A stretch of DNA of 63,942 nucleotides, filler included, from an uncultured Methanosarcinales archaeon (GTDB taxonomy: Archaea; Nanobdellota; Nanobdellia; Woesearchaeales; JABMPP01), in the NCBI GenBank assembly GCA_964604995.1. It is 3 parts of 3 records of this genome, joined end to end, with 100 filler letters (N's around TTAATTAATTAA, not from the genome) between each part and the next. Parts side by side here need not be neighbours in the genome. Positions count along the whole stretch, not along the records: positions 28,899 to 57,320 come from CAZSAD010000024.1; 2 more parts are not named here. The stretch is one strand, 5' to 3'. How positions within the stretch are numbered: position 1 is the first letter of the stretch; each line of letters opens with the position of its first letter. A program made the translations under genes and the position numbers. Below are positions 37,796 through 47,850 of the stretch, in pieces. A model generated the notes under the pieces. The model did not search any database. It saw only the letters and a program-made list of their open reading frames with translations, and was not told where the DNA came from.

Positions 37796-40222
37796 TTATC
37801 CATGCCATCCAAGGTTCTTTTCTTTTTCATAAATCATTTGTGTTGATTTGACTACAACATCAGGATTAAAGCTAATGCTATCAATTCCTTGCTCAACCAA
37901 GAATGCTGCAAATTCGGGATAATCAGATGGTGCTTGACCACAAATGCCAATTTTCCTATGTTTTTCTTTAGCAACTTTAATTACCTGACTAAGAAGTTTT
38001 TTCACAGCCATATTTCTTTCATCATATACATGTGCAACAAGCTGCGAATCTCTATCTACTGCCAAAGTAAATTGTGTCAAATCATTTGAACCAATTGAAA
38101 ATCCATCAAATATCTCGCAGAATTCTTCTGCTAAAATAACATTTGCAGGAACTTCGCACATTACATAAACTTCAAGACTATTTTCTCCTCTTTTAAGGCC
38201 ATTTTTTTCCATTTCTGCCATAACTTTTTTGCCTTCAATAATGCTTCTGCACATTGGAATCATTACTTTAAGATTGTTTAAGCCAAATTTATTTCTAACT
38301 TTTAAAACAGCTTTACATTCCAATGCAAATGCATCTTTAAATTGTTCAGAATAGTATCTAGCGGCGCCTCTCCAGCCAATCATTGGATTATCTTCAATAG
38401 GTTCATAATCTTGGCCACCTATTAAATTCCTATACTCATTGGTTTTAAAATCACTAAATCTTAAAATAACATCTTTCGGATAAAATCCAGCTGCAATCAT
38501 TGCAATGCCTTCAGCAAGTTTATCTACATAGTACTGAGTTTTGTCTTTATATCCATAAGTCATCCCTTCAATTAATTTTTTAACTTTTTTATCTTTAAGT
38601 TTCTCAAAATCAATTAACGCTTTTGGATGTATTTTAATAAAAGAATTAATGATAAATTCTTCTCTAGCAAGGCCAACACCTTCATTTGGAATAAAACTTT
38701 CATCAAATGCCTGGCCCGGTGTTCCAACATTCATCATTATTTTTGTCTTGGGTTTTGGCAAATTAGTTAAATCCACTTCATCAATAATAAAAGGAATATC
38801 TCCTTCATAGACTAAACCATCTTCGCCTTGAGAACAATCAACTGTTACATGATTGACTTCTGCAAGAACTTTAGTCCCATTGTTTGTTCCAACAATGCAT
38901 GGAATTCCAAGTTCTCTTGAAATAATTGCAGCATGGCAGGTTCTTCCGCCCCTATTGGTGATTATTGCTGCAGCAAGTTTCATAATTGGTTCCCAATCAG
39001 GATCAGTCATTTCAGTAACTAAAACATCACCTGTTTTGAATTTGCCAATGTTGTGAACATCGCTTATAACTTGCACTTCACCACTTGCAATTTTTTCGCC
39101 TACACTTCTGCCTTTGACTAGAATTTTACCAGTGCCTTTTAGAATGTAAGTTCTAATTTTGTTTTTGTCTTTTTTTGCATGGATTGTTTCAGGTCTTGCT
39201 TGCACAATAAATAGTTTGTTTGTATTTCCATCTTTTGCCCATTCCATATCCATTGGTTTAAAGTATCCTGCTTTTGAAGAATAATAATCTTCAATTACAA
39301 CTGCCCAATTTGCAAGAATTAAAACTTCATCTTCGGTTAAGACAAATTTTTTCCTATCAGCTGGTTTTACAGGAATATTTTTTGTTGTCTTTCCATCGGT
39401 ATCTTTGCCTGTTGCATAAACCATTTTAATTTTTTTCTCGCCAATACTTGTTGTTATGATTGGTTTAAATCCTTGTCTTAAAGTTGGTTTAAAAACATAA
39501 TATTCGTCTGGATTTACTGCTCCTTGAACTACATTTTCACCAAGCCCATATGCTGCAGTTATGAATGCTGCATCTTTAAAACCGGATTCAGTATCAATTG
39601 AAAACATTACACCAGATGAAGCTAAATCGCTTCTAACCATTTTTTGAACACCAATACTTAATCCAATTGAGAAATGATCAAATCCTTTGTCAATTCTGTA
39701 GTGAATTGCTCTATCAGTAAAAAGTGAAGCAAAACATTTCTTGCATGCAACAAGTAATTGTTCTTCACCTGTAATATTTAGATAAGTATCTTGCTGTCCT
39801 GCAAATGATGCATCAGGTAAATCTTCGGCAGTTGCTGAACTTCTAACTGCAACATCAACACCTTTACCATATTGGATTTGTAAGTGGTGATAACCTTCTT
39901 TAATAGCTGCATCAAGTTCTGGTGGGAAAGTTGTGTTTAAAATAAGATCCCTAACTTTTTTAGCTTTAATTCTAAGGTCTTTTACATCTTCTCTTTTAAG
40001 CCCGCCCAAAACTTGTTTTATTTGATCTCTAATTCCAGCTTTTTCTAAAAGAAAATGATAAGCTTTAGCAGTTATACAATAGCCATTTGGAATATTTACT
40101 CCTTTCGGAACAAGATTAGTGTACATTTCACCAAGGCTTGCGTTTTTACCGCCAACGTATTTAACATCATCAATACCAACTTGGTCAAACCATAGAATAA
40201 AAGCATTTTCTTTATCTACCAA
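37796..40222 (-). CDS. ppsA: phosphoenolpyruvate synthase
   Basis: VGGKNASLGEM, VRSSATAED, GGRTCHAAI, SIGSNDLTQ. Confidence 0.97.
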   Translation of the reverse strand: MVDKENAFILWFDQVGIDDVKYVGGKNASLGEMYTNLVPKGVNIPNGYCITAKAYHFLLEKAGIRDQIKQVLGGLKREDVKDLRIKAKKVRDLILNTTFPPELDAAIKEGYHHLQIQYGKGVDVAVRSSATAEDLPDASFAGQQDTYLNITGEEQLLVACKKCFASLFTDRAIHYRIDKGFDHFSIGLSIGVQKMVRSDLASSGVMFSIDTESGFKDAAFITAAYGLGENVVQGAVNPDEYYVFKPTLRQGFKPIITTSIGEKKIKMVYATGKDTDGKTTKNIPVKPADRKKFVLTEDEVLILANWAVVIEDYYSSKAGYFKPMDMEWAKDGNTNKLFIVQARPETIHAKKDKNKIRTYILKGTGKILVKGRSVGEKIASGEVQVISDVHNIGKFKTGDVLVTEMTDPDWEPIMKLAAAIITNRGGRTCHAAIISRELGIPCIVGTNNGTKVLAEVNHVTVDCSQGEDGLVYEGDIPFIIDEVDLTNLPKPKTKIMMNVGTPGQAFDESFIPNEGVGLAREEFIINSFIKIHPKALIDFEKLKDKKVKKLIEGMTYGYKDKTQYYVDKLAEGIAMIAAGFYPKDVILRFSDFKTNEYRNLIGGQDYEPIEDNPMIGWRGAARYYSEQFKDAFALECKAVLKVRNKFGLNNLKVMIPMCRSIIEGKKVMAEMEKNGLKRGENSLEVYVMCEVPANVILAEEFCEIFDGFSIGSNDLTQFTLAVDRDSQLVAHVYDERNMAVKKLLSQVIKVAKEKHRKIGICGQAPSDYPEFAAFLVEQGIDSISFNPDVVVKSTQMIYEKEKNLGWHG

Positions 40223-40447
40223 ACTAATCCACCTCTTTTTACTCTCTCTTTTTTGATCATATTAATTATAATACTGGATTATAATAATTGAAATAGAGAC
40301 ATGAAATACCAATACTATAAAATCACCATAACTTTATTAGACATATTATTTTAGAACAGTATATAAATTTTTTGTTGCTCCCAAAGATATCCTCTAGGCT
40401 TAGATATTAGATAATGTGTTTATTGATTTTTATTTGATTATTTATTT

Positions 40448-41077
40448 TTAAGCTATCCTTGTTAAATGTTTAACTAAATAGTTTTCTTCTTCCTTTTTTG
40501 AAATGTGACCTTCATTAATATTTCCAGATGTATCTTGATGACTTCCCTCATTTTTTTCTGATTTTGAAAAAATATGAGAACTTTCAGAAGAGGATATCAC
40601 CTCAGGTTGTTCTTCCTCAAATTCTTCTTCATCTTTTTTGTATTGGAAATTGCCAATTGTTTGTGCCTGCTCTTTTAAAACAAGCTCAACTGTTGACATT
40701 TCTTCTTCAGTTAACTGCTTTGGTTGCCAAATTAAATTTATTCCATCACCATCAACTCTTGGAATAATATTAACCATGAAATGAGGTAAGCCTTGACCAC
40801 CCGCAACACCATTTTGAATTAAAATATTTGTTCCTTCAATTCCTAAACTTTCAAATGCGACAACTGATAATTTGTTTACAACTTGAAATATTTTACTTAC
40901 AATATAATCAGGTACTTGCTCAATTATTGTAAAATGATCTTTTGGTAAAACAACTATTTGTCCAAAACTAGCTGGATTTTCATCTAGCATAGCTACAATT
41001 TCGTCGTCTTTGTAAATCATAAGGGAGGTTTTATCTTCTATTGCTCTACAAATGTCACAATTAGGGTTTTTTGCCAT
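40448..41077 (-). CDS. HIT-family protein, degenerate triad
   Basis: CDIC, NILIQNG..GQGLPHFMVNIIPR. Confidence 0.85.
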   Translation of the reverse strand: MAKNPNCDICRAIEDKTSLMIYKDDEIVAMLDENPASFGQIVVLPKDHFTIIEQVPDYIVSKIFQVVNKLSVVAFESLGIEGTNILIQNGVAGGQGLPHFMVNIIPRVDGDGINLIWQPKQLTEEEMSTVELVLKEQAQTIGNFQYKKDEEEFEEEQPEVISSSESSHIFSKSEKNEGSHQDTSGNINEGHISKKEEENYLVKHLTRIA

Positions 41078-41130
41078 TTTAGTTAATTTACCATTTAATT
41101 AATTTATATTTTCGAATATATTTCTCAAAT

Positions 41131-41877
41131 TTATTTTCCAAGCAAAATTTTAGCAATGTCATCTAGATTGATATCATCTTTTTTGCCATCATCTTTTTTT
41201 TGAATTTCTTTAAGAGCAATTTCTTTTTTTGGACTAGGTTGATTTAGATGAGAACTGTTTAAATTGGGATTATTTGAAACAGGATTATTTGAAGAAGAAT
41301 TATTTATGATAGGAGCATTATTTCCATTGCTTTTATCCTTTTTACTCTCTTCAAAATCATCTAAATCTTCTTCAATGCCACTAGTCCCATTTAATTTTTC
41401 TAAAAATCTTTTTTGTACTTTTTTAAGTTCATCTTTTTCAACTTTTTTTCTAATTAATCCAAAACTAGATATGCCATCATTACTTTTCCTCGGTATAATA
41501 TGAACCATGAAGTGAGGCGATCTTTGTCCTGCTGCAACACCATTTGCAATAAAAATATTTGTTCCTTCAGCTTTTAAGGATTTGAGACATATTTGAGAAA
41601 GTGCTTTAGTAACCATTGAAATGTATCCTGCTTCGTAGTCAGGCATTTGAGGCATAATTGTATAATGTTCCTTTGGCATCAAAAGTAAATGACCCGGATT
41701 AGCTGGATTAATATCTAAAATTGCAATAACTTGTTCGTCTTCATAAATTTTTTTTGATTGTATTTTACCAGAAATGATATTGCAAAATATGCAATTTTTT
41801 TTTTGAAGTTCTCTTATTTCTTCAGGAGACATATTTTTTAAGTCTTCTTGTGTTATTGATGAAGGTTCATCTGACAT
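41131..41877 (-). CDS. HIT-family protein, degenerate triad
   Basis: CIFC, DINPANPGH, GQRSPHFMVHIIPR. Confidence 0.88.
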   Translation of the reverse strand: MSDEPSSITQEDLKNMSPEEIRELQKKNCIFCNIISGKIQSKKIYEDEQVIAILDINPANPGHLLLMPKEHYTIMPQMPDYEAGYISMVTKALSQICLKSLKAEGTNIFIANGVAAGQRSPHFMVHIIPRKSNDGISSFGLIRKKVEKDELKKVQKRFLEKLNGTSGIEEDLDDFEESKKDKSNGNNAPIINNSSSNNPVSNNPNLNSSHLNQPSPKKEIALKEIQKKDDGKKDDINLDDIAKILLGK

Positions 41878-41957
41878 AATTCTTCTTTAGATTGAAGTGT
41901 ATATAAATTTTATTGCAAAAAGGTATAGCAAAAAGATATAAAATCAAATTTAACTTT

Positions 41958-42629
41958 TTAATACTTGTGTAAAGAATCTTTATATCCTTGCGCTAAACTC
42001 TCAAAAAAAGGAGGAGTTATTTTAATTACCTTAGCATCCATGTTTAAAATATCAGATAATGCATCAAAATGACTTGGATCAGCATCTATTAACACAGCGC
42101 CAATGCATTTATCTGGTAAAGAATTATTAATCTTTTTTGCCTGATTTCTAACCATATTATTTTGTAACTCAATAAGTGCAGTTTTTTCTTTTTTGATAAA
42201 TTTTTTATAAGCAAATAACCCAAATATCGGATCTTTGGTAAAATGAAAATTCATATATTGTTTAAAATATTCAGAATTGATTTTTCTATCTTCAAAAGGT
42301 ATTATTTTTTTCCCTTCGTCTTGTAGAGTTGAGATTAGATTATAATAAGGACTATTTTGAATAGGAGGTTTAAATTTTTTATCTTCCATTAACTCCACTT
42401 CACTTGGATAAATGATTTGTATTTTTCCATTTTCTTCTTCATACTTTTTTATTACTTCTTTAACTTGATGCCAAAACAAATCTATTGTTCTATCTAAATT
42501 AGAATTGGATATGTTAAAATTTCGAGAGTTATTAAGATGTGCTGCTGCATTGGTTACACTAGGATCATCAGAGAATAAACCGTCCGTTCTTGGATCTAAA
42601 ATCACGGGTATATACAGTAATTTTTTCAT
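41958..42629 (-). CDS. hypothetical protein
   Basis: Long ORF; start likely MKKLLYIP (track start 42671). Confidence 0.65.
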   Translation of the reverse strand: MKKLLYIPVILDPRTDGLFSDDPSVTNAAAHLNNSRNFNISNSNLDRTIDLFWHQVKEVIKKYEEENGKIQIIYPSEVELMEDKKFKPPIQNSPYYNLISTLQDEGKKIIPFEDRKINSEYFKQYMNFHFTKDPIFGLFAYKKFIKKEKTALIELQNNMVRNQAKKINNSLPDKCIGAVLIDADPSHFDALSDILNMDAKVIKITPPFFESLAQGYKDSLHKY

Positions 42630-42869
42630 AATAGTCATCTTGGTTATATAAATAAAATTAATAATAAACAAAAGAGTAGGTTTCCACTATTTTTAAACCT
42701 TTACAATAGTATTACTAAGAAGTAGTTATTTATATATTAGTTTAAAAGGAATTTAGATAATATTTATAAATAGCTAATTAAGACTACCAATATACTTTTT
42801 ATACTATAATCCAAACCAGTATACAAAAACATAACATTTATATACTAGTTGCATCTTCTAATATAATAT

Positions 42870-43106
42870 GCCCAAAAGGGGCAAAAAGAAAGGATGCGTA
42901 TCGCAAAGTGCGATGGCCCAACAACAGCTTGGAACTAAAATTCCAAAACTCATGCTAAGATGGCGGGCTCCCCCCTGTAACCCAATTCTATAACCCAATC
43001 CACCCCCAATCAACCCACACAATGGGGAGCCTTCCTTTTCATTAAGGTTTTCAGGCAAGAAACTGCGAACCGATCATTTGGGCAAGTAGCGAATTTGGCT
43101 TGCCCA
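42870..43106 (+). ncRNA. unassigned structured RNA candidate
   Basis: GC-rich island; TTTATATA 42837-42844 upstream; terminal helix GCCCAAA/TTTGGGC; several internal stems. Confidence 0.6.
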
Positions 43107-43334
43107 TTATTTTCATAAATATTTATCAAATTTACAAAAAACATTAAAAATTAGGAAATACGTAAAATGAGAAGTGCAACCAAAATAATAATTAAAAGGC
43201 TGTTATTTACTGCCTTATTTCTCTACAGTTCATATTTAAGAGATGATGTTTCTAGTATTTTTCATGCATTAACTGGATATAGATTTATTTAATTATAGTT
43301 TTATAATACATTAAAAAGAAAAATAATAAAAAAT

Positions 43335-43949
43335 TTAGAGAGGAAAAAAATCATTAGTTGGTCTATGTCTATTTTTCTCGTGAAGAGGACTCATTGTATT
43401 AGTCTCAGACAAAGTAACACATTCTTTTTCAAGCTTCTCCAAAAATAGATTCATAGAAGGGATTTCCCTTTCGAGCATAATTAGAAGTGTTGCAAGTTGC
43501 CTTAAAGTTAACATTGCACCAATTTCAGCATACAAAGGTTTTTGGTGTACTTCTTTTAGAAGTTTTGCTTTCTCTAAAATTTCAGTATCAAGTAATTTAA
43601 GTTTTTTTTCAAGTTGCTTAATTGAGATACTAAACTCCAAAAGATCTTCTTCTTCACCTTTTTCATTAAGTTCTAAAATTTTAGATTCATCCTCTAAAAG
43701 TTCATCGCATTTCATCGAACTATCTGCAATAACATACAATTTTCGTTTAAGTTCTTTATTTTTAAATCCCAAGAAAAAAAGCCTTCGATTAATTTTTTTC
43801 ATTATTGGTTTTAATTTAGAACATATTTTTTTGTAAAGAGCAAGTTTTTGCTCATGAGTTGCTTCCTTTTGCAATAATTTTCGATTTTCCCTAAGACTAG
43901 AAATCTCATTTTCTAATTTGATTATTTTATCCTTAACGCCCATGATCAC
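43335..43949 (-). CDS. coiled-coil hypothetical protein
   Basis: Heptad-rich 204-aa ORF. Confidence 0.7.
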   Translation of the reverse strand: MIMGVKDKIIKLENEISSLRENRKLLQKEATHEQKLALYKKICSKLKPIMKKINRRLFFLGFKNKELKRKLYVIADSSMKCDELLEDESKILELNEKGEEEDLLEFSISIKQLEKKLKLLDTEILEKAKLLKEVHQKPLYAEIGAMLTLRQLATLLIMLEREIPSMNLFLEKLEKECVTLSETNTMSPLHEKNRHRPTNDFFPL

Positions 43950-44022
43950 ACCTACAAATCTTGTATTAAAAGAGATTAATATATATTAAGAAATAACACC
44001 TATTTATTCTTGTCGGTTTTGG

Positions 44023-44060
44023 AGGTGTTTTTGAGCTATAAAGGTGTTTTTGAGCTATAA
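44023..44060. repeat. 19-bp tandem direct repeat
   Basis: AGGTGTTTTTGAGCTATAA x2 in divergent intergenic region. Confidence 0.8.
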
Positions 44061-44166
44061 AATAGTTTGTGTATTTTGTATATCCTGATTGTATATTTTG
44101 CATAAATTTTAAAGAGAAACCCTAATTATTATTATATTGTTCCTATAAACTAATACAGAGGATAAA

Positions 44167-45357
44167 ATGGTAGAAGCTAAATGTAAATATTTCCAGAATT
44201 GCAATGGTTGTTCAACACAACATATTGACTATGAAAATCAATTGGAAATTAAAAGAAAAAAACTATTCCAATTAATTCCCTTCGAAAATATCAAACTTTT
44301 CAAAAGTCCACCTTTTAACTATAGAAATAGGTTAGATTTGCTTTTTCATAAAAATGGATTAGGGTTAAGATCGAAATTTTTAAATTCACCAAATTCATCA
44401 ATAGTGGATATAGATAGATGTGAAATAGTTGAAGATAAAATTAAAGATTTAATTATAGAATTAAGAGAATTTTTTACAAAACAAGATATTGATTTTTATG
44501 ATATAAAAAAAAAGTCCGGTACATTTCAATCAGTAATATTAAGATGCAGTGATATAAATTCAGATAATATAGATTCAAACTCCATAGATTCAGCTTGTGT
44601 TTTTGTCCTTAATTCAAATTCAACTAGATTAGGATTAGCTTATGAACAAATAGAAAATTTTTCAAAAATTACAACAGTAAATAATATTGCTATATCTTAC
44701 GTTCCAGTTGATGAAGATTTAAGTTATTCGAATGACCCAGATGATTTTTATATTGTTAAAGGAGAAAGATATCTAAAAAAAAGATTTCTAGATAAAGAAT
44801 TCCACTATCCAATTGAATGCTTTTTCCAAAATAATCATAAAGTTGCAAATGAGATGTTAATTTATGTTAAAGATTTATTGGAAAAATATGAGACGAAAAA
44901 TTCAACTCTTGTTGATTTGTATTCGGGAGTTGGAACTTTTGGATTATTAAATTCAGATATATTTTCGCAAGTTATTCTAGTTGAAAATGTGCCACCTGCA
45001 GTCGAAGCAATGCAAATTAATATCAAAAATAATAATATCCAAAATGCCAAGTATTACTGTCTTGATGCTAAACATTTCAAAAGAGTAGAAATAAATAATC
45101 CCACAAATATATCAACAGATAAAAATTTATTTATTGTAACAGATCCGCCAAGAGTTGGCATGGACCAAAAAACAATAGATCGAATAAATGAACTATCTCC
45201 AAAAGTTGTAGTGTATATTTCATGTAATCCCAAGCAACTTGCAAAAGATATTTTAAAATTTAAAAATTATGAAATAAATTCTTTAGCATTGTTTGATATG
45301 TTCCCTCAGACAAACCATATGGAAGTTGTTTTAGAATTTGTAAAGAAAGAAAATTAA
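44167..45357 (+). CDS. RlmD/TrmA-family RNA m5U methyltransferase
   Basis: CKYFQNCNGC Fe-S motif, FFQNN, DLYSGVG, DPPRVG, YISCNP, DMFPQTNHME. Confidence 0.93.
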   Translation: MVEAKCKYFQNCNGCSTQHIDYENQLEIKRKKLFQLIPFENIKLFKSPPFNYRNRLDLLFHKNGLGLRSKFLNSPNSSIVDIDRCEIVEDKIKDLIIELREFFTKQDIDFYDIKKKSGTFQSVILRCSDINSDNIDSNSIDSACVFVLNSNSTRLGLAYEQIENFSKITTVNNIAISYVPVDEDLSYSNDPDDFYIVKGERYLKKRFLDKEFHYPIECFFQNNHKVANEMLIYVKDLLEKYETKNSTLVDLYSGVGTFGLLNSDIFSQVILVENVPPAVEAMQINIKNNNIQNAKYYCLDAKHFKRVEINNPTNISTDKNLFIVTDPPRVGMDQKTIDRINELSPKVVVYISCNPKQLAKDILKFKNYEINSLALFDMFPQTNHMEVVLEFVKKEN

Positions 45358-45383
45358 AAAATATTAAATTTAAATATTAAATT

Positions 45384-45665
45384 TTATTGAACATCAACTA
45401 CTTTAATTAAATGATATCCAAATTGAGTTTTTACAGGTTTTGATATTTGACCTTTTTCCATTGAAAAAGCTGCATTTTCAAATTCTTTAACCATTTGCCC
45501 TCGTCCAAACCAACCAAGATTACCGCCTTGTTTTTTTGATGGACAAAGACTTTTCTCTTTAGCAACATCTTCAAAACTTTTCCCATGTGTCACATCAAAA
45601 TAAGCTACATTTGCTTCCGACTCAGTTTTTACTAAGATATGTGAAGCATTTACTTTTTTTGGCAT
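45384..45665 (-). CDS. ppiC: parvulin peptidyl-prolyl isomerase
   Basis: ASHILVK, SLCPS..GGNLGWF, TQFGYHLI. Confidence 0.93.
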   Translation of the reverse strand: MPKKVNASHILVKTESEANVAYFDVTHGKSFEDVAKEKSLCPSKKQGGNLGWFGRGQMVKEFENAAFSMEKGQISKPVKTQFGYHLIKVVDVQ

Positions 45666-45771
45666 AATTTCTCACCTCAAAATTAATTATTAGTATCAGT
45701 TATTGATTAATATCAATTCAATTATGTTAACTCCAAAATAAATTAAATGATATTTAACAAATGATGTTTAA

Positions 45772-46119
45772 TTAGAGTATTTTAATCTTTGGGTTAATTT
45801 GTTTCCATGCGAATAAACCACCTTGTAAATTGTTCACTTTAAAACCTGTTTTTTCCATAAATGCACAAGCAAAAGAACTTCTACCACCAGATTTACAATA
45901 AAAAATTAAGAGGGTTTCTTTATTTAAATTAAATCCATATCTTTTTTTAAATATAACTGAAGTTAAATCTTGCAATTTAACAAGTTTATCTAACGGAATA
46001 TTAATAGAATTATTTATGTACCCATATTGATATTCTTCCTTGGAACGTACATCAATTAAATAAAAAGATTCTTTTTTTTCCATCATTTGTTTTAATTTAT
46101 TAGCAGTTATGTTTATCAT
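45772..46119 (-). CDS. rhodanese-like protein
   Basis: IDVRS, YCKSGGRS, LQGGLFAW. Confidence 0.88.
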   Translation of the reverse strand: MINITANKLKQMMEKKESFYLIDVRSKEEYQYGYINNSINIPLDKLVKLQDLTSVIFKKRYGFNLNKETLLIFYCKSGGRSSFACAFMEKTGFKVNNLQGGLFAWKQINPKIKIL

Positions 46120-46356
46120 ATCTTCAGAAAGAAAAAAATAAGGTTATAAACATTATCTTTAATTGTAGAAGTGAGATTTAATAGTTTCTAAAAAGAATTT
46201 TTCATCCAGTTTTTGCAGATATTATAAGAGATATACCCGACAATTAATAACAATCACTAACCACCACCAATTACTATCAATTATTATTGATTATTGCCAA
46301 TTATTATCAATTTAAAATAGAGAGATTATTAAACTGCATTTCGTTCTGGCGCGAGA

Positions 46357-47850
46357 ATGGATAATTCAAAACCATTGAAATTAACCGATGAACAAAGTAA
46401 AAAAACAAAAAAATACTCAGTAGTAGATGGTTCTGCACATAATATTATGTATGGATTTGGTGAGCAATATATCATACCTTATGGAATAAGATTAGGTGCA
46501 ACAAGCTCAGAGACTGCAATATTATATTCCACTCCTTATTTTTTTGGTTCTTTATTTCAACTTATTGGAGCAAAGTTAACTAATTATTATAAAGATAGAA
46601 AAAAGATAGTTTTATTTTTTGTTTTCTTCCAGGCATTATCTTTTATCCCTTTATTTTTAATTCCATTCTTTACAAAAAATATTTTGCTTTTGACATTTTT
46701 ATTTACCATTTACCTTATTTTAGGAAATCTTGCAACTCCTGCATGGTCTTCATGGATTGGTGAAGTTGTTGAAGAAAAAGAGAGGGCTAAATTTTTTAGC
46801 TATAGAAACAAAGTAACAATCAGTTTTTTGATTATATCAGTATTGATTGCAGGTTTAATATTAAACTATTTTTATGAAGTAAATATTTGGATAGGTTTTG
46901 GTATTTTATTTACTATTGCAATGATTGCTAAATTAATATCTTGGTATTATTTATTAAAACATTATGAACCAAAATATGTTCCTTCAAAAAGTAAAGAGCA
47001 ATCATTTTATGTTTTTGTTAAAAATATAACCCAAGGAAATTTTGGTAATTTTACACTTTTTAGATTTATTTTTACTTTTGCAGTATTTATTGCTGCCCCA
47101 TTTATGCCAGTTTTTATATTAAGTTATCTAAAACTTTCTTATCTTCAATATATGATTATAATAGTCGCAAATATGTTAACAAAAGTTTTAACAATGAAAT
47201 ATTGGGGAAGATACTCCCAAAAATATGGGACTAGAAATACTATGTTTGTGTCAATTTTTTTAGTAAGTATATTCCCCATAGGGTATTTTGTTGCGAGCAA
47301 TTTTATGTTAAATATAAACATAGCATTTCTCTGTCTTTTGATATCTGAAATGATTTCAGGTTTTGGATGGGGAGGTTTTGAATTAACTTCTTTTAATTAT
47401 ATGTTAGAAACAACTAAAAAAGAAGAAAGAGCAAGTTTTTTTGCGTATTTTAATATGTTCTGGGGATTTGGGTTAATCATAGGTGGTTTATTTGGAGCTT
47501 GGCTTGTAAAAAATGCTCCAAAATGGAATTTATCGTTAGATATAATACTTTTAACATTTTTAATAACTGCCATCTTAAGATTTATTGTAGCATTAATATT
47601 TATTCCTAAAATAAAAGAAGTTGGAATGAAAAAAGAAATAAGTGAAAGTAGGCTATTCTTTGATATTGCAATTGAAACCCCAATAGAAGCTGCATTAGAT
47701 AATACTTATTCTGCATTTTCTTTAGCTGGAGAGCATTTTAATAAAATCCATAAAAGAATTAAAAAAACAACCAAGCAAGCAGTTAGTGGAATTAAAAATA
47801 AGATTATTAAAAAAGAGATTATTAAAAAGAAGATCAAAATCCGCCGCTAG
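46357..47850 (+). CDS. MFS transporter
   Basis: About 12 TMs; WGRYSQKYGTR motif-A-like. Confidence 0.85.
   Translation: MDNSKPLKLTDEQSKKTKKYSVVDGSAHNIMYGFGEQYIIPYGIRLGATSSETAILYSTPYFFGSLFQLIGAKLTNYYKDRKKIVLFFVFFQALSFIPLFLIPFFTKNILLLTFLFTIYLILGNLATPAWSSWIGEVVEEKERAKFFSYRNKVTISFLIISVLIAGLILNYFYEVNIWIGFGILFTIAMIAKLISWYYLLKHYEPKYVPSKSKEQSFYVFVKNITQGNFGNFTLFRFIFTFAVFIAAPFMPVFILSYLKLSYLQYMIIIVANMLTKVLTMKYWGRYSQKYGTRNTMFVSIFLVSIFPIGYFVASNFMLNINIAFLCLLISEMISGFGWGGFELTSFNYMLETTKKEERASFFAYFNMFWGFGLIIGGLFGAWLVKNAPKWNLSLDIILLTFLITAILRFIVALIFIPKIKEVGMKKEISESRLFFDIAIETPIEAALDNTYSAFSLAGEHFNKIHKRIKKTTKQAVSGIKNKIIKKEIIKKKIKIRR

Noticed and set aside
42858..43058. 66-aa minus-strand ORF
   Set aside because: Atypical composition, TTG start, antisense to the promoter-supported structured element
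42870..43106. SRP RNA or RNase P RNA
   Set aside because: CCCCTGTAACCC recalls the SRP Alu motif, but helix 8 (CAGG..GNRA..AGCA) is not properly formed; no RNase P CR-I/CR-V pair on either strand
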